Made by a program: the position numbers and the translations under genes. A DNA stretch of 64,000 nucleotides from Mytilus trossulus (Eukaryota), in assembly GCF_036588685.1 (NCBI RefSeq), contig NC_086382.1, positions 50,325,378 to 50,389,377 of the forward strand, in the 5' to 3' direction. This document shows positions 12,018 to 23,508 of the stretch, in pieces. Every line of letters starts with the position of its first letter. Positions within the stretch are counted from its first letter, which is position 1. Under the pieces are notes generated by a model, which saw only the letters and a program-made list of their open reading frames with translations, did not search any database and was not told the origin of the DNA.

Positions 12018-12656
12018 ATGGAATCTGTCCATGCTGCTGTGAAATCCTACAAAGTAAGCACTATTAGTAATGGGAGAATTGATATGGAAACAGATAGGAA
12101 TAAAGATAGAAATTTCTCATCCTTCCCACCTCTTTCATTTGGATCTGATGAAGAGCAGGGATTTAGACAAAATATAAGGGAGGAAGAAAGTAGAAAACTC
12201 AATCCAAAAAGAATGATCGACCAAAGTAGTAAGGAAGACAGAGGAAGGGAAGATGAAAAGAAAAGGAGAACATTAAATCAAGAAGGGTTGAAAGAGCTGA
12301 TGTGTGAAAGAAAAAGGCAGAATGATGAAGCCGGGAGGAGAGAAGAAATAAGGCAAGAGAAACAAAAACAAATTATTGATCACAGTACTAAGAAAGATAG
12401 AGGAGGGGAAGATGAAAAGCTTTCTGAAAAGAAAAGGAGAACATTAGATCAAGAAGGGTTGGAGAAACAACAGTGTGAAAGGAGAAGACAGGCTGATGAA
12501 GCCAGGTGGAGAGAAGAAATAAGGCAATTGGAACTAGAAAATAAACAGAAACTAGAAGAAAATGAAAGAGAGAGAGAAAAGATAAGAAATGAAAGAAGAG
12601 CTGCTTTCGTTGAAAGAAAAACAAAACGAAATGGTATGAATAAATTAAGAGTATAA
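12018..12656 (+). CDS. Glu/Arg/Lys-rich coiled-coil-type ORF of 212 aa with an internal ~50-aa duplication; product unknown and low complexity
   Basis: A 639-nt ORF in 33% GC DNA with a reasonable start context (gggATGg) and no ORF on the opposite strand. The internal repeat is DQSSKEDRGREDEKKRRTLNQEGLKE...RREEIRQ versus DHSTKKDRGGEDEK..KRRTLDQEGLEK...WREEIRQ. A preceding acceptor-like ttttcag at 11995-12001 means it could instead be an internal or terminal exon. Confidence 0.35.
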   Translation: MESVHAAVKSYKVSTISNGRIDMETDRNKDRNFSSFPPLSFGSDEEQGFRQNIREEESRKLNPKRMIDQSSKEDRGREDEKKRRTLNQEGLKELMCERKRQNDEAGRREEIRQEKQKQIIDHSTKKDRGGEDEKLSEKKRRTLDQEGLEKQQCERRRQADEARWREEIRQLELENKQKLEENEREREKIRNERRAAFVERKTKRNGMNKLRV

Positions 12657-13390
12657 TTTAAGTATTCCAACTGTTTAAAATATCATGAAAATGTCAAATG
12701 GTCAGTTCCTTGTATGTTTTTTAATAAATGAAAGCTGTATTCACCATTGAATGATACATGTAGTTGTATGTGTGACATTTTTATGTCATAGTATATATGA
12801 GAGTATAGAAGGAAACTTTAGAATTTTCAATCAGCCATCACCTTGAAAAAACCTTGGTGGTCAAATTGCAATTGTTTTCCATTCAGAAGTTTAGGCCCTT
12901 AAAGAAATAATTTGTTGTGATTCAAAAATTATTTGCTTAGTTTCAAATGAGTGGTAGATGGTACCAATTGCAACAGATTTTTAAACTGAGGACACCCTTG
13001 CAAAAACAAAATGAGTATAAAGACAGTCTACAAAACTCACAAAAAAGAAAGCAAAAACAAAAATCTTCCTTTTGTGAGGCCATGCAAAAAGATATCTTCT
13101 ATTCTGGTTTCTCTACCTTTTCTTTGTTTTGGGAAGTTACCCTAAAGATTGGGGGTATTTTTGAATGAGTGCTAATAAAATAACAATATGTATTCTATAT
13201 ATATTCAATACAAAAAAAATGCCCTAATTTTTTATCTTTATATAACAGGACCCACAAATATCATTTCAATTGGCCTAAAGCAAAATGTTATACCAACAAC
13301 AACAACAATACTTTATTTTAATGATCACTTTTGAAACCAGTAGTATTGATTGTAAAATTAAGTCCTCTCATTTTATATTGTATATTTTAG

Positions 13391-13792
13391 CTGCACAGTC
13401 AGGCAGGTCACCAGTTTACAGGAGAGCAGAAATACAAGACTTACTTTTGTTGGATGTCACTCCACTGTCGCTTGGTATAGAAACAGTTGATGGTCTCATG
13501 ACACCTGTTATCAAACGTAATACAACAGTTCCAACTAGAAAGAGCCAGACTTTCACTACTTTAGAGGACTATCAGATCAGTGTGTTAATTCAGGTTTATG
13601 AAGGGGAGAGAACTATGGCCAAGAACAATAACTCTCTGGGAACATTTGTTCTAACTGGAATACCGGCTGCACCAAAAGGGGTACCTCAGATTGTTGTCAC
13701 CTTTGACATTGATGCCAATGGTATTTTTACAATTTCTGCTGAAGACAAGCTTACTGGAAAGAGGAATAGCCTCACAATTACTAATGACAAAG
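13391..13792 (+). CDS. Hsp70-family exon encoding the substrate-binding beta-sandwich domain ([37 protein letters not shown]...[32 protein letters not shown]); diverged paralog, partial gene or possible pseudogene
   Basis: Acceptor tatattttag and donor aaag|gtaagg. The translation matches the Hsp70 SBD-beta domain ([41 protein letters not shown]). No nucleotide-binding-domain exons are found upstream in the window. Confidence 0.55.
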
Positions 13793-13802
13793 GTAAGGAT
13801 TG

Positions 13803-14080
13803 TTATGCCCCACCTAAGATAGTTGAGGGGCATTATGTTTCTGATCTGTGTGTCTGTTTGTCCATTTGTTTGTTCGTCTGTCTGTCCCGCTTCAGATTTA
13901 ATTTCTTTTGTCAAGTTGAAGTCCAATCAACTAGAAACTTTGTACACATGTTCCCTATGATATAATATTTCTAATTTAATTCTAATGCCTAATTAGATTT
14001 TTGACCACAATTTAAAGGTCCATGTAGCATAGAAAATGATAGTGCAAGTGGGGCATCCGTGTACTATGAACTTATTCTTG
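13803..14080 (+). mobile_element. Hairpin element family A, copy 2, inserted in the Hsp70 intron
   Basis: 5' ttatgccccacctaagatagttgaggggcat, a (TGTC)n tract, one internal unit, and 3' gtggggcatccgtgtac. It is absent from the paralogous intron downstream of exon B. Confidence 0.6.
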
Positions 14081-14284
14081 TTAATGATTAGTTGACTACA
14101 AATGCCAAAAAATACAGCATTTTCTGTGTGTCTTGCAGCTCTTCATCTTTTTATTATTAGATAATCCTAAAATATCAATTATAACTTGATCATAATAACA
14201 AACGAATTTTTAATAGTGAGGAAATTGGGAATATATTGCAATGAAAATTACTGTTGATGTTTTATTTTTAACTTTGTTCTTTAG

Positions 14285-14818
14285 GTCGTTTGGGGTCAAA
14301 AGAAATAGATAAAATGGTCAATGAAGCAGAGAAATTTAAGGCTGAGGATGAACAACAGAGAAAATGTATTTCCGCAAAGAACGCTTTGAAAGGCTATACA
14401 CTTAACATGGTATCAACAATTGATTTTGACAAACAAGAAGTTTACAGAATCAAAAAAATACAAGACTTACTTTTGTTGGATGTCACTCCACTGTCGCTTG
14501 GTATAGAAACAGTTGATGGTCTCATGACACCTGTTATCAAACGTAATACAACAGTTCCAACTAGAAAGAGCCAGACTTTCACTACTTTAGAGGACTATCA
14601 GATCAGTGTGTTAATTCAGGTTTATGAAGGGGAGAGAACTATGGCCAAGAACAATAACTCTCTGGGAACATTTGTTCTGACTGGATTACCTGCTGCACCA
14701 AAAGGGGTACCTCAGATTGATGTCACCTTTGATATTGATGCCAATGGTATTTTGACAATTTCTGCAGAAGATAAACTTACTGATAAGAGGAATAGCATTA
14801 CAATTTCTAATGAAAAAG
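14285..14818 (+). CDS. Hsp70-family exon. Its first ~50 codons encode the start of the lid helix ([42 protein letters not shown]), fused in frame to a second copy of the SBD-beta domain
   Basis: Acceptor tctttag|gtcg, phase-compatible with exon A (KG|RLGS). 14461-14680 is 100% identical to 13432-13650 and ~95% identical beyond that. Donor aaag|gtaaga. Confidence 0.5.
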
Positions 14819-15009
14819 GTAAGAATTTTTTATTATTAGTGGAGCAAAATTAACAAAAAATACAGCAGTACTGTTTGTTTTGCAGTTCTTCATCTTTTTG
14901 TTAATAAATAATCCTAAAATATCAATTTTAACTCTATCAAAATGATAAAAGAAATTGAATAGTTAGGAAATTCAGAATATATTGCAATGAAAATTACTGC
15001 TGAATATAT

Positions 15010-16246
15010 TTAGCTCACCTGGCTCGAAGGGCCAAGTGAGCTTATGCCATCACTTGGTGTCCGTCGTCGTCCGTCGTCGTCTGTCGTCGTAAACTATTTC
15101 AAGAATCTTCTCCTCTGAAACTACTGGGCCAAATACTTCCAAACTTTAACTCAATGTTCCTTAGGGTATCTAGTTTATAAATATTGTTTATCAGGTCAAG
15201 ATCTATCTGCCCTGAAATTTTCAGATGAATCAGACAACCTGTTGTTGGGTTGCTGCCCCTGAATTGGTAATTTTAAGGAAATTTTGCTGTTTTTGGTTAT
15301 TATCTTGAATATTATTATAGATAAAGATAAACTGTAAACAGCAATAATGTTCAGCAAAGTAAGATTTACAAATAAGTCAATATGACCGAAATGGTCAGTT
15401 GACCCCTTTAGGAGTTATGGCCCTTTATAGTCAATTTTTAACCATTTTTCGTAAATCTTAGTTATCTTTTACAAAAATCTTCTCCTCTGAAACTACTGTG
15501 CCAAATACTTCCAAACTTTTACTGAATGTTCCTTAGGGTATCTAGTTTATAAATTGTATCCGAAGTTTTGATCTATCAACAAACATGGTCGCCATTACTA
15601 AAAATAGAACATAGGGGTCAAATGCAGTTTTTGGCTTATAACTCAAAAACCAAAGCATTTAGAGCAAATCTGACATGGGGTAATATTGTTAATCAGGTCC
15701 AGATCTATTTCAGATGAATCAGACAACCTGTTGTTGGGTTGCTGCCCCTGAATTGATAATTTTAAGGAAATTTTGCTGTTTTTGGTTATTATCTTGAATA
15801 TTATTATAGATAGAGATAAACTTTAAAGTGAGCAATAATGTTCAGCAAAGTAAGTTCTACCAATAAGTCTATCTGATCAAAATTGTCAATTGACCCCTTA
15901 AGGAGTTATTGCCCTTTAAAGACTTTTTTCACAATTTGTTCATCATGTTGACTTACTTTAAAAAATCTTCTCCTTTGAAACTGCTGTATCAACTTCAGCC
16001 AAACTTAGGCCAGATGAGTTTCATAGTATCTAGTAAAAATTTTATATTTTATTTCCTTGTATGTCAAGAAACATAGCTTCTATGGCTAAAATAGAACATC
16101 TGAGAAAATGTTTTTTTTTTTGCCTTATGAAGAAAATAGGACGATCCAAAAAACATTTAAATAAATTGAAAAGCCAAATTAATCATTGTTGAGAGATTTA
16201 ACCAAAAGAATTAAGGTGAGCGATTCAGGCTCTTGAGAGCCTCTTG
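15010..16246 (+). mobile_element. Family-2 non-autonomous Helitron/Helentron-like element. It has a 5' hairpin agctcacctggctcgaagggccaagtgagc, a (CGTC)n microsatellite, ~370-bp internal tandem units, and a 3' ggtgagcg...ggctcttgagagcctcttg+TT
   Basis: The paralogous intron at 14190-14284 lacks the insert. The element is inserted at a T-run with no TSD. The same family occurs at 21584-26799, 36835-38098, 42871-44501 and 48784-49584. Confidence 0.65.
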
Positions 16247-16272
16247 TTTTATTTTGAACTTTGTTCTTTAAG

Positions 16273-16484
16273 GTCGTTTGGGGTCAAAAGAAATAGATGA
16301 AATGGTCACTGAAGCATACAAATATAAGGTTGAGGCTAAACAACAGGAAAAATGTATTTCTTCAAAGAATTCTTTGAAAGGTTGTATGCTTAACATGGTA
16401 TCAGCAATTGAATTTGGAAAACGCAAAGGTAAATTGAAAATGGATTGCAATGTAAAAAGAATGCTACAATGTGCAAATGGATGA
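16273..16484 (+). CDS. Hsp70-family exon, second copy of the lid-start segment ([42 protein letters not shown]...), reaching a stop at 16482-16484. An alternative GT donor lies at 16429
   Basis: Acceptor ttctttaag|gtcg, the same phase as exon B. An AATAAA signal at ~16745 is consistent with a 3' end. Confidence 0.4.
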
Positions 16485-17180
16485 CTGTGCTACAAGACTG
16501 AGTGATATTGATAAAATGGAAAATATATACATAGTGCTGAGCTTTTATGGAACAATGACTTTCAGTCAACTATTGGAGCTTGAAGTGAAGTCATCAGGGG
16601 ATATGCCAAGTTACTCATAGTAGCACTTCAAAAAAGATCACAGAAAAATGAGATCATTGTCAGCCTTCTAAATGTCCCTCGCTGCAGTACAGTATGAGTG
16701 AATGGCTTGGCCTCAATCTGGTGGTGTTTCTAAATATTTTTGTATCAATAAAAGTGTTTGTTGACTGCTGAAAAATCAATTAAAATTATATTTAGCAATT
16801 TCTTTCTCTGTTTTTAATATGGACTCAATACCTACTACAAAAGTAAAGGTACTGATAAAACCAAAAGGGACAAAAGAAAAGCCAAACCCAGTAGTTTTGC
16901 TATAATTGTAGTCAACTGAGAAAATACATCAGTAATGAAATTTGCCCTCTTATATAACAACCAAGGGAACTAACTCCCATATTATTTACTACAATGGAAA
17001 TATCCTATTAATTAAAGTTACAATTGTTATGAGCTGATTATATATAAGTAACTTATAATGCATCATTTTACTAAAATTCTGCTTTATTTATCATTTCACT
17101 AACTTATAACTTGTAAACATTTTCTATTCTCTTATGTTGAATATTTTTAAATATTGAATTTGAATTCTGATAAACCAGTT

Positions 17181-18274
17181 TAGATTGAATGTCCTGTCTA
17201 TAAGGGTGTCCATCCATTTCAGATTGAATGTCCTGTCTAAGAGGGTGTCCATCCATTTCAAATTGAATGTCCTGTCTAAGAGGGTGTCCATCCATTTAAG
17301 ATTGAATGTCCTGTCTAAGAGGGTGAACATCCATTTCAGATTGAATGTCCTGTCTAAGAGGGTGTCCATCCATTTCAGATTGAATGTCCTGTCTATGAGG
17401 GTGTCCATCCATTTCAGATTGAATGTCCTGTCTAAGAGGGTGTCAATCCATTTAAGATTGAATGTCCTGTCTAAGAGGGTGTCCATCCATTTAAGATTGA
17501 ATGTCCTGTCTAAGAGGGTGTCCATCCATTTAAGATTGAATGTCCTGTCTAAGAGGGTGTCCATCCATTTAAGATTGAATGTCCTGTCTAAGAGGGTGAA
17601 CATCCATTTAAGATTGAATGTCCTGTCTAAGAGGGTGAACATCCATTTAAGATTGAATGTCCTGTCTAAGAGGGTGTCCATCCATTTCAGATTGAATGTC
17701 CTGTCTAAGAGGGTGTCCATCCATTTCAGATTGAATGTCCTGTCTAAGAGGGTGTCCATCCATTTCAGATTGAATGTCCTGTCTAAGAGGGTGTCCATCC
17801 ATTTAAGATTGAATGTCCTGTCTAAGAGGGTGTCCATCCATTTAAGATTGAATGTCCTGTCTAAGAGGGTGAACATCCATTTCAGATTGAATGTCCTGTC
17901 TAAGAGGGTGAACATCCATTTAAGATTGAATGTCCTGTCTATGAGGGTGTCCATCCATTTCAGATTGAATGTCCTGTCTAAGAGGGTGTCCATCCATTTT
18001 AGATTGAATGTCCTGTCTAAGAGGGTGTCCATCCATTTAAGATTGAATGTCCTGTATAAGAGGGTGTCCATCCATTTAAGATTGAATGTCCTGTCTAAGA
18101 GGGTAAACATCCATTTAAGATTGAATGTCCTGTCTATGAGGGTGTCCATCCATTTCAGATTGAATGTCCTGTCTAAGAGGGTGAACATCCATTTAAGATT
18201 GAATGTCCTGTCTATGAGGGTGTCCATCAATTTCAGATTGAATGTCCTGTCTATGAGGGTGTCCATCCATTTCT
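17181..18274. repeat. 39-bp minisatellite, ~28 copies (agattgaatgtcctgtctaagagggtgtccatccatttc), with two unit subtypes (gtgtccatccatttcag and gtgaacatccatttaag)
   Basis: Exact 39-nt periodicity (13 codons) explains the 392-aa (-) and 412-aa (+) ORFs, which are almost certainly non-coding. Confidence 0.9.
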
Positions 18275-19085
18275 CATTAAATATGTCTGTTCCTATTGTC
18301 ATATGGATGACAAGGAAGTTGTGTTATAAAAGGTGGTTTATTTTATTTGAAATACCTCATTGGACAAGAAAAATGCTTCTAACACTATTTTGTCTAGTTG
18401 CTTTAAATACAAATCAAGTTTAAATATTTTAATCAGAATTAAGGAAGCATAAACCATTTCTGAATAGTTAATATATGGATCTCCCTAGTTAAATATATAT
18501 CTGTATAGGATTCCTATATCAGCATATCTTAGGTTCTTTGTTCTTAAGTTAGGATTATTTCTTTTGTTATGAATCTGTCCATATCCAATCAGAAACTATT
18601 TGTTAAATTACCTTATTTTTATTATCTTCAGTAGATTTCTTTCAATTTGTGGTAATAAAGAGAATTATGTATTGAAAAAAAAAGTTTTATTGATATTTCT
18701 CTTTGTCAAAATTCAGCATACCAATACATCTGATTTTTTTTGCGCAGGATTCTGCTCAAATTGGTGCTAGGGGCCTTCTTAAACTTACAGTGAGATTGGA
18801 GCTTTTTGCTCCGTGTTGAAGGCTTTGCAGTGACTGAGTTGAGGAACAGCAAACTAAGCGCTGTTCATTTGCCCTTCATGTGTTTATATGTGCATGAACT
18901 GAATTTGTGTCATAGATGGATACCAGATATTCTTTGTTTTTCTATTATAGAAAAGGATGAACATTTAAATTTTTGGTTTACTTATATCATGAAATCCACA
19001 AAATTGGTAACCACCCAATAAAGGTATAGATCCACAGTAATTGATTTGTTCTCTAGTTACAACTAGATCTGATCCAGGTTGGTCC

Positions 19086-19260
19086 TTTGACATTAAATTG
19101 AGAATGAAAATGGGGAATGTATCAAAGAGACAACAACCCGTTCCATAGAAAAAACAACAACAGAAGGTCACCAACAGGTCTTCAATGTAACGAGAAATTC
19201 CCGCACCCAGAGGCGTCCTTCAGCTGGCCCTTTAACAAATATATACTAGTTCAGTAATAA
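19086..19260 (+). mobile_element. SINE-like fragment (head attgagaatgaaaatggggaatgtatcaaagagacaacaacccg...)
   Basis: The same head sequence occurs at 6188-6262 and 34864-35180. Confidence 0.45.
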
Positions 19261-19821
19261 TGAACACCATACTAATTTCCAAAGTGTACACAATGCATAG
19301 TTCCTGTCAATTCTTTTACAAGAATGAATGCTTGGCTAATTTGGGTCTGAAAATTTGAAAAATATTATTAACCCATGAGATCATAGCTAGTGACTGTTTA
19401 GAATTTAGATTCACTTTGGGATTGATAACGTCTGGTTACATGTCCAGGTGAAGCCAAAAATAAAAAAAAATATGATTTTTTGTGAAATGGCAAAGAGAGA
19501 CAACAAGTTGAAACTCAAAATGTTTAGTCCCTTACTGACAAAGCCAAGGGGGCTTTATTTAGTTTAACTTTTGTTTTACAACATTTCAATGTTTATCATT
19601 CTGAAGTGATAGTGAGATTTAAAGATATTTTTCACATGTCACTTATCAACTCAAGTCATGTCACTCATGTGTGGCCTGGATCAATTTACTATTTATAATA
19701 TAGCATCAAATATGAAACTCCCACTCTGGGAATGAAGCTATATCACATTCATTTTGCTACATGTCCATTAGTCCCTTCATTCATCTGTTTGTTCAACAAA
19801 TATTGTTGTCACTCTTTACAG

Positions 19822-19926
19822 AGAAACCAGTACTGCTGCAAACATATGCTGCAAGATGTTCATCTTTGCTAGAAAGTGAAGAAAGTGAAAGTGATGTATG
19901 CATGGATTTTAATTTATTTGAAGATG
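19822..19926 (+). CDS. Acidic exon (KPVLLQTYAARCSSLLESEESESDVCMDFNLFEDG), a paralog of the exon at 20644-20769
   Basis: Acceptor ctctttacag, donor gatg|gtaaat, and a length of 105 nt (symmetric phase-1 exon). It is homologous to the next exon (ESE.SE.D....F.LF.DG). Confidence 0.4.
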
Positions 19927-20643
19927 GTAAATATATTTGATATTGATTTCAAAATTAATTGTTGACTCTACTTAATGCTTTTGCTTATTATGTTTCTCAG
20001 ATTTAAGTTGCAGTTTCAGCCCAAAAATGGAATCTGGGGGGAAAAAGGTAATTAGACCTCCCATTTCTACCTGCAGTATAGAAGTCTGGAAATTGATAAA
20101 ATGAGAACGATCTACTGACTGTTTCAAAATTAAGATACCCTTTTGGAGTAACAACTTCTGGTTACAGGACTAGGTGAATTCAGTAAAAAACAAATAAAAA
20201 AATGGATAAATATTGATTTTTTTGGTGAAATGGCCTTCTTTAGAATGTTTAGATGTCAATATAACCAGAACAGTTTCTCTCAAACTTAACCACTCTTACA
20301 ATCGGTGTATTCTTTTGGCTTCACTCTCTATGGAGACTATAGTAAGCTACGCCTATCATAATCCACGAGTCTTGTGAGTAAAGAAAGAGGACCCAAACAA
20401 ATTGTTAGCTAAGTTTTTTGCAGCAGAAGGCCAATTTTTGGCAAAATACTGGATGAACTAAAATTTTTCATCACAAACAGACTTCATAATAGGTGAGTTG
20501 ATTGACAGTAATTTCAACATTTAAGGATTGTTTTAGGATATTTCAGACACTTCTTTCTGTTTTCTGATATACATTTTCTGAAGTATTATGTTTGGGTATG
20601 ATGCATAGCATGACAACAAATGGATTTAAAAATCTCATTGTAG

Positions 20644-20769
20644 AACCAGCTCTGTTGGACATAATACCAGTTAAAGAAAGTTCTAAGGCAATTCGAACTC
20701 CTAAGGTTGCATCTTGTAAAGAAAGTGAAAGTGAGGATGATGACTTAGGTTTCGGCTTATTTGATGATG
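20644..20769 (+). CDS. Acidic exon (EPALLDIIPVKESSKAIRTPKVASCKESESEDDDLGFGLFDDG), second member of a tandem exon pair
   Basis: Acceptor ctcattgtag, donor gatg|gtaaga, and a length of 126 nt in the same phase as the exon at 19822-19926. The motif DDDLGFGLFDD is reminiscent of ribosomal P-protein C-termini, but the context differs. Confidence 0.4.
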
Positions 20770-21994
20770 GTAAGATTAACCTAGAATATGTTAACAGTTT
20801 TAATACGCTCATTTACAGGAAATACATATTATATATGGTAAAGTTAAACTGTTGTCCGCCCATCATCAACATGTTGGACATTAACTCAAAATTTCTTTAA
20901 CCAATTTGCATGAAACTGTAATGAATTGTTTATATCTGTTGACGTGAGCTCCCTTTTAATTTTGTTTTAATTTTGGATTTACATTTCCAAGTTATTTGGT
21001 GTGATTACATCAAAAAGGGGGATTTTCTAGTTTTTCGGATATTAACTCAAAATGGCTTTGAGCAGTTTTCTTGAAACTGTGGTGAATTGTTTATATCTAC
21101 TGATTGTAGCTCCCTTTTGATATTTATGCTCCCTTATTGGACAATAAATCAAAAGTTTTTTAAGTAGTTTTAATGAAACTTTGGTCACTGGTTTTTATGT
21201 ATTAAAGTAATCTCCCTTTATTTTTTTCCATGAAATTCAGATATGACATTGAGGAGTTTTGAAACTTTATTCTTTGAAAAAAAGCCCTCTATTGAAAAAT
21301 ATCACCACTCATATATTTAGTTGTTGTATATCAAAATTATTATGAGAATAAAATTAAAAATTTCTATGCACATTTTTAACTTAAAAAGTCTATGGAAAAT
21401 GTGAGGAGTTGTTAAAAAAAATCAAATGGAAGTTTTTCCAGTATTTCTTCTAAAATTTGTGTTTTTCTACACATGCCACATAGCTTACTTTGAATTGATA
21501 TCTAGAATACTTGGTGAAAGGTATACCTTATGTCATTTGGTCTCTGGTGGAGAGATGGCTCATTTGCAATCATGCACATTTTTAGCTCACCTGGCCTGAA
21601 GGGCCAAGTGAGCTTTTCCCATCACTTTGCGTCCGGCGTCCGGCGTCGTCTGTCGTCGTTGTTAACTTTTACAAAAATCTTCTCCTCTGAAACTACTGGG
21701 CCAAATCAAACCAAACTTGGCCACAATCAACATTGGGGTATCTAGTTCAAAAAATGTGTGGCGTGACCCGGTCAACCAACCAAGATGGCCGCCAGGGCTA
21801 AAAATAGAACATAGGGGTAAAATGCAGTTTTTGGCTTATAACTCAAAAACCAAAGCATTTAGAGCAAATCTGACATGGATTTAATATGTTTATCAGGTCA
21901 AGATCTATCTGCCCTGAAATTTTCAGATGAATCGGTCAATCGGTTGTTGGGTTGCTGCCCCTGAATTGGTAATTTTAAGGAAATTTTGCTGTTT

Positions 21995-23508
21995 TTATAC
22001 GACCGCAAATTTTGAAAAAATTTTCGTCGTATATTGCTATCACGTTGGCGTCGTCGTCGTCGTCGTCGTCGTCGTCCGAATACTTTTAGTTTTCGCACTC
22101 TAACTTTAGTAAAAGTGAATAGAAATCTAGGAAATTTTAACACAAGGTTTATGACCATAAAAGGAAGGCTGGTATTGATTTTGGGAGTTTTGGTCCCAAC
22201 ATTTTAGGAATTAGGGGCCAAAAAGGGCCCAAATAAGCATTTTCTTGGTTTTCGCACTATAACTTTAGTTAAAGTGAATAGAAATCAATGAAATTTAAAC
22301 ACAATGTTTATGACCACAAAAGGAAGGTTGGTATTGATTTTGGGAGTTTCGGTCCCAACAGTTTAGGAATTAGGGGCCAAAAAGGGACCCAAATAAGCAT
22401 TTTTCTTGGTTTTCGCACCATAGCGTTAGTATAAGTAAATAGAAATCTATGAAATTTAAACATAAGGTTTATGACTATAAAAGGAAGGTTGGTATTGATT
22501 TTGGGAGTTTTGGTCCCAACAGTTAAGGAAAAAGGGGCCCAAAGGGTCCAAAATTAAACTTTGTTTGATTTCATCAAAATTGAATAATTGGGGTTCTTTA
22601 ATATGCTGAATCTAACTGTGTATGTAGATTCTTAATTTTTGGTCCCGTTTTCAAATTGGTCTACATTAAGGTCCAAAGGGTCCAAAATTAAACTTAGTTT
22701 GATTTTAACAAAAATTGAAACCTTGGGGTTCTTTGATATGCTGAATCTAAAAATGTACTTAGATTTTTGATTATTGGTCCAGTTTTCAAGTTGGCCTAAA
22801 TCGAGGTCCAAAATTAAACATTGTTTGATTTCATCAAAAATTGAATAATTGGGGTTCTTTGATATGCCAAATCTAACTGTGTATGTAGATTCCTAATTTT
22901 TGGCCCAGTTTTAAAATTGGTCTAAATTAAAGTGCAAAGGGTCCAAAATTAAACAAAGTTTGATTTTAACAAAAATTAAATTCTTGGGCCTCTTTGATAT
23001 GCTGAATCTAAACATGTACTTAGATTTTTGATTATTGGCCCAGTTTTCAAGTTGGTCCAAATCAGGATCTAAAATTATTATATTAAGTATTGTGCAATAG
23101 CAAGTCTTTTCAATTGCACAGTATTGTGCAATGGCAAGAAATATCTAATTTCACAATATTGTGAAATAGCAAATTTTTTTTTAATTAAGAGTTATCTTTC
23201 TTTGTCCAGTATAGTAAGCAAGAAATATCTGCAAGAATTTTTTTTAATTGGAGTTATCTTTCTTTGTCCAGAATCAACTTAAATCTTTGTTATATACAAT
23301 ATACAATGTATATTCACTTTTTACTACCAACTGGTAAATTTAAATAATCTTTACCATTCAGTGATAACAAGCAGTTTTTTTACATCTTAATATTTTATGA
23401 TGTATTTAAATGAGTAGTAATTGTTGCAAACTCCATTAGAATATTTTAATTGAAATTAGTTTTGGAATAAGGGAAAGGGGGATGTGAATAAAAAATTGGG
23501 TTCAATTT
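21995..23508 (+). mobile_element. Family-1 satellite-bearing Helentron-like element, copy lacking the 3' terminus. It has a 5' ttatacgaccgcaaattttgaaaaaattttcgtcgtatattgctatcacg, a (CGT)n tract, a ~165-bp satellite in 4 copies, a ~125-bp satellite in 4 copies, and a 60-bp repeat block
   Basis: The 5' end is shared with 23509, 39494, 42113 and 53019. Internal arrays run 22080-22560 (unit tttagttttcgcactctaactttagtaaaagtgaatagaaatc...) and 22560-23060 (unit ggtccaaaattaaactttgtttgatttcatc...). The copy ends exactly where the next 5' terminus starts. Confidence 0.6.

Noticed and set aside
13285-13965. 226-aa ORF spanning the first Hsp70 exon
   Set aside because: The 5' part (13285-13390) is intronic and AT-rich. 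The 3' part reads through the donor at 13793 into the inserted hairpin element. Only 13391-13792 is coding.
17124-18423. 392-aa and 412-aa ORFs on opposite strands
   Set aside because: They coincide exactly with the 39-bp (13-codon) minisatellite. Opposite-strand ORFs of equal extent are a repeat artifact.
22080-23060. Regularly spaced direct repeats that could superficially resemble a CRISPR array
   Set aside because: The monomers are 125-165 bp satellite units with no unique spacers. The context is eukaryotic, with introns and SINEs, and there are no cas genes. The arrays are internal satellites of Helentron-like elements.
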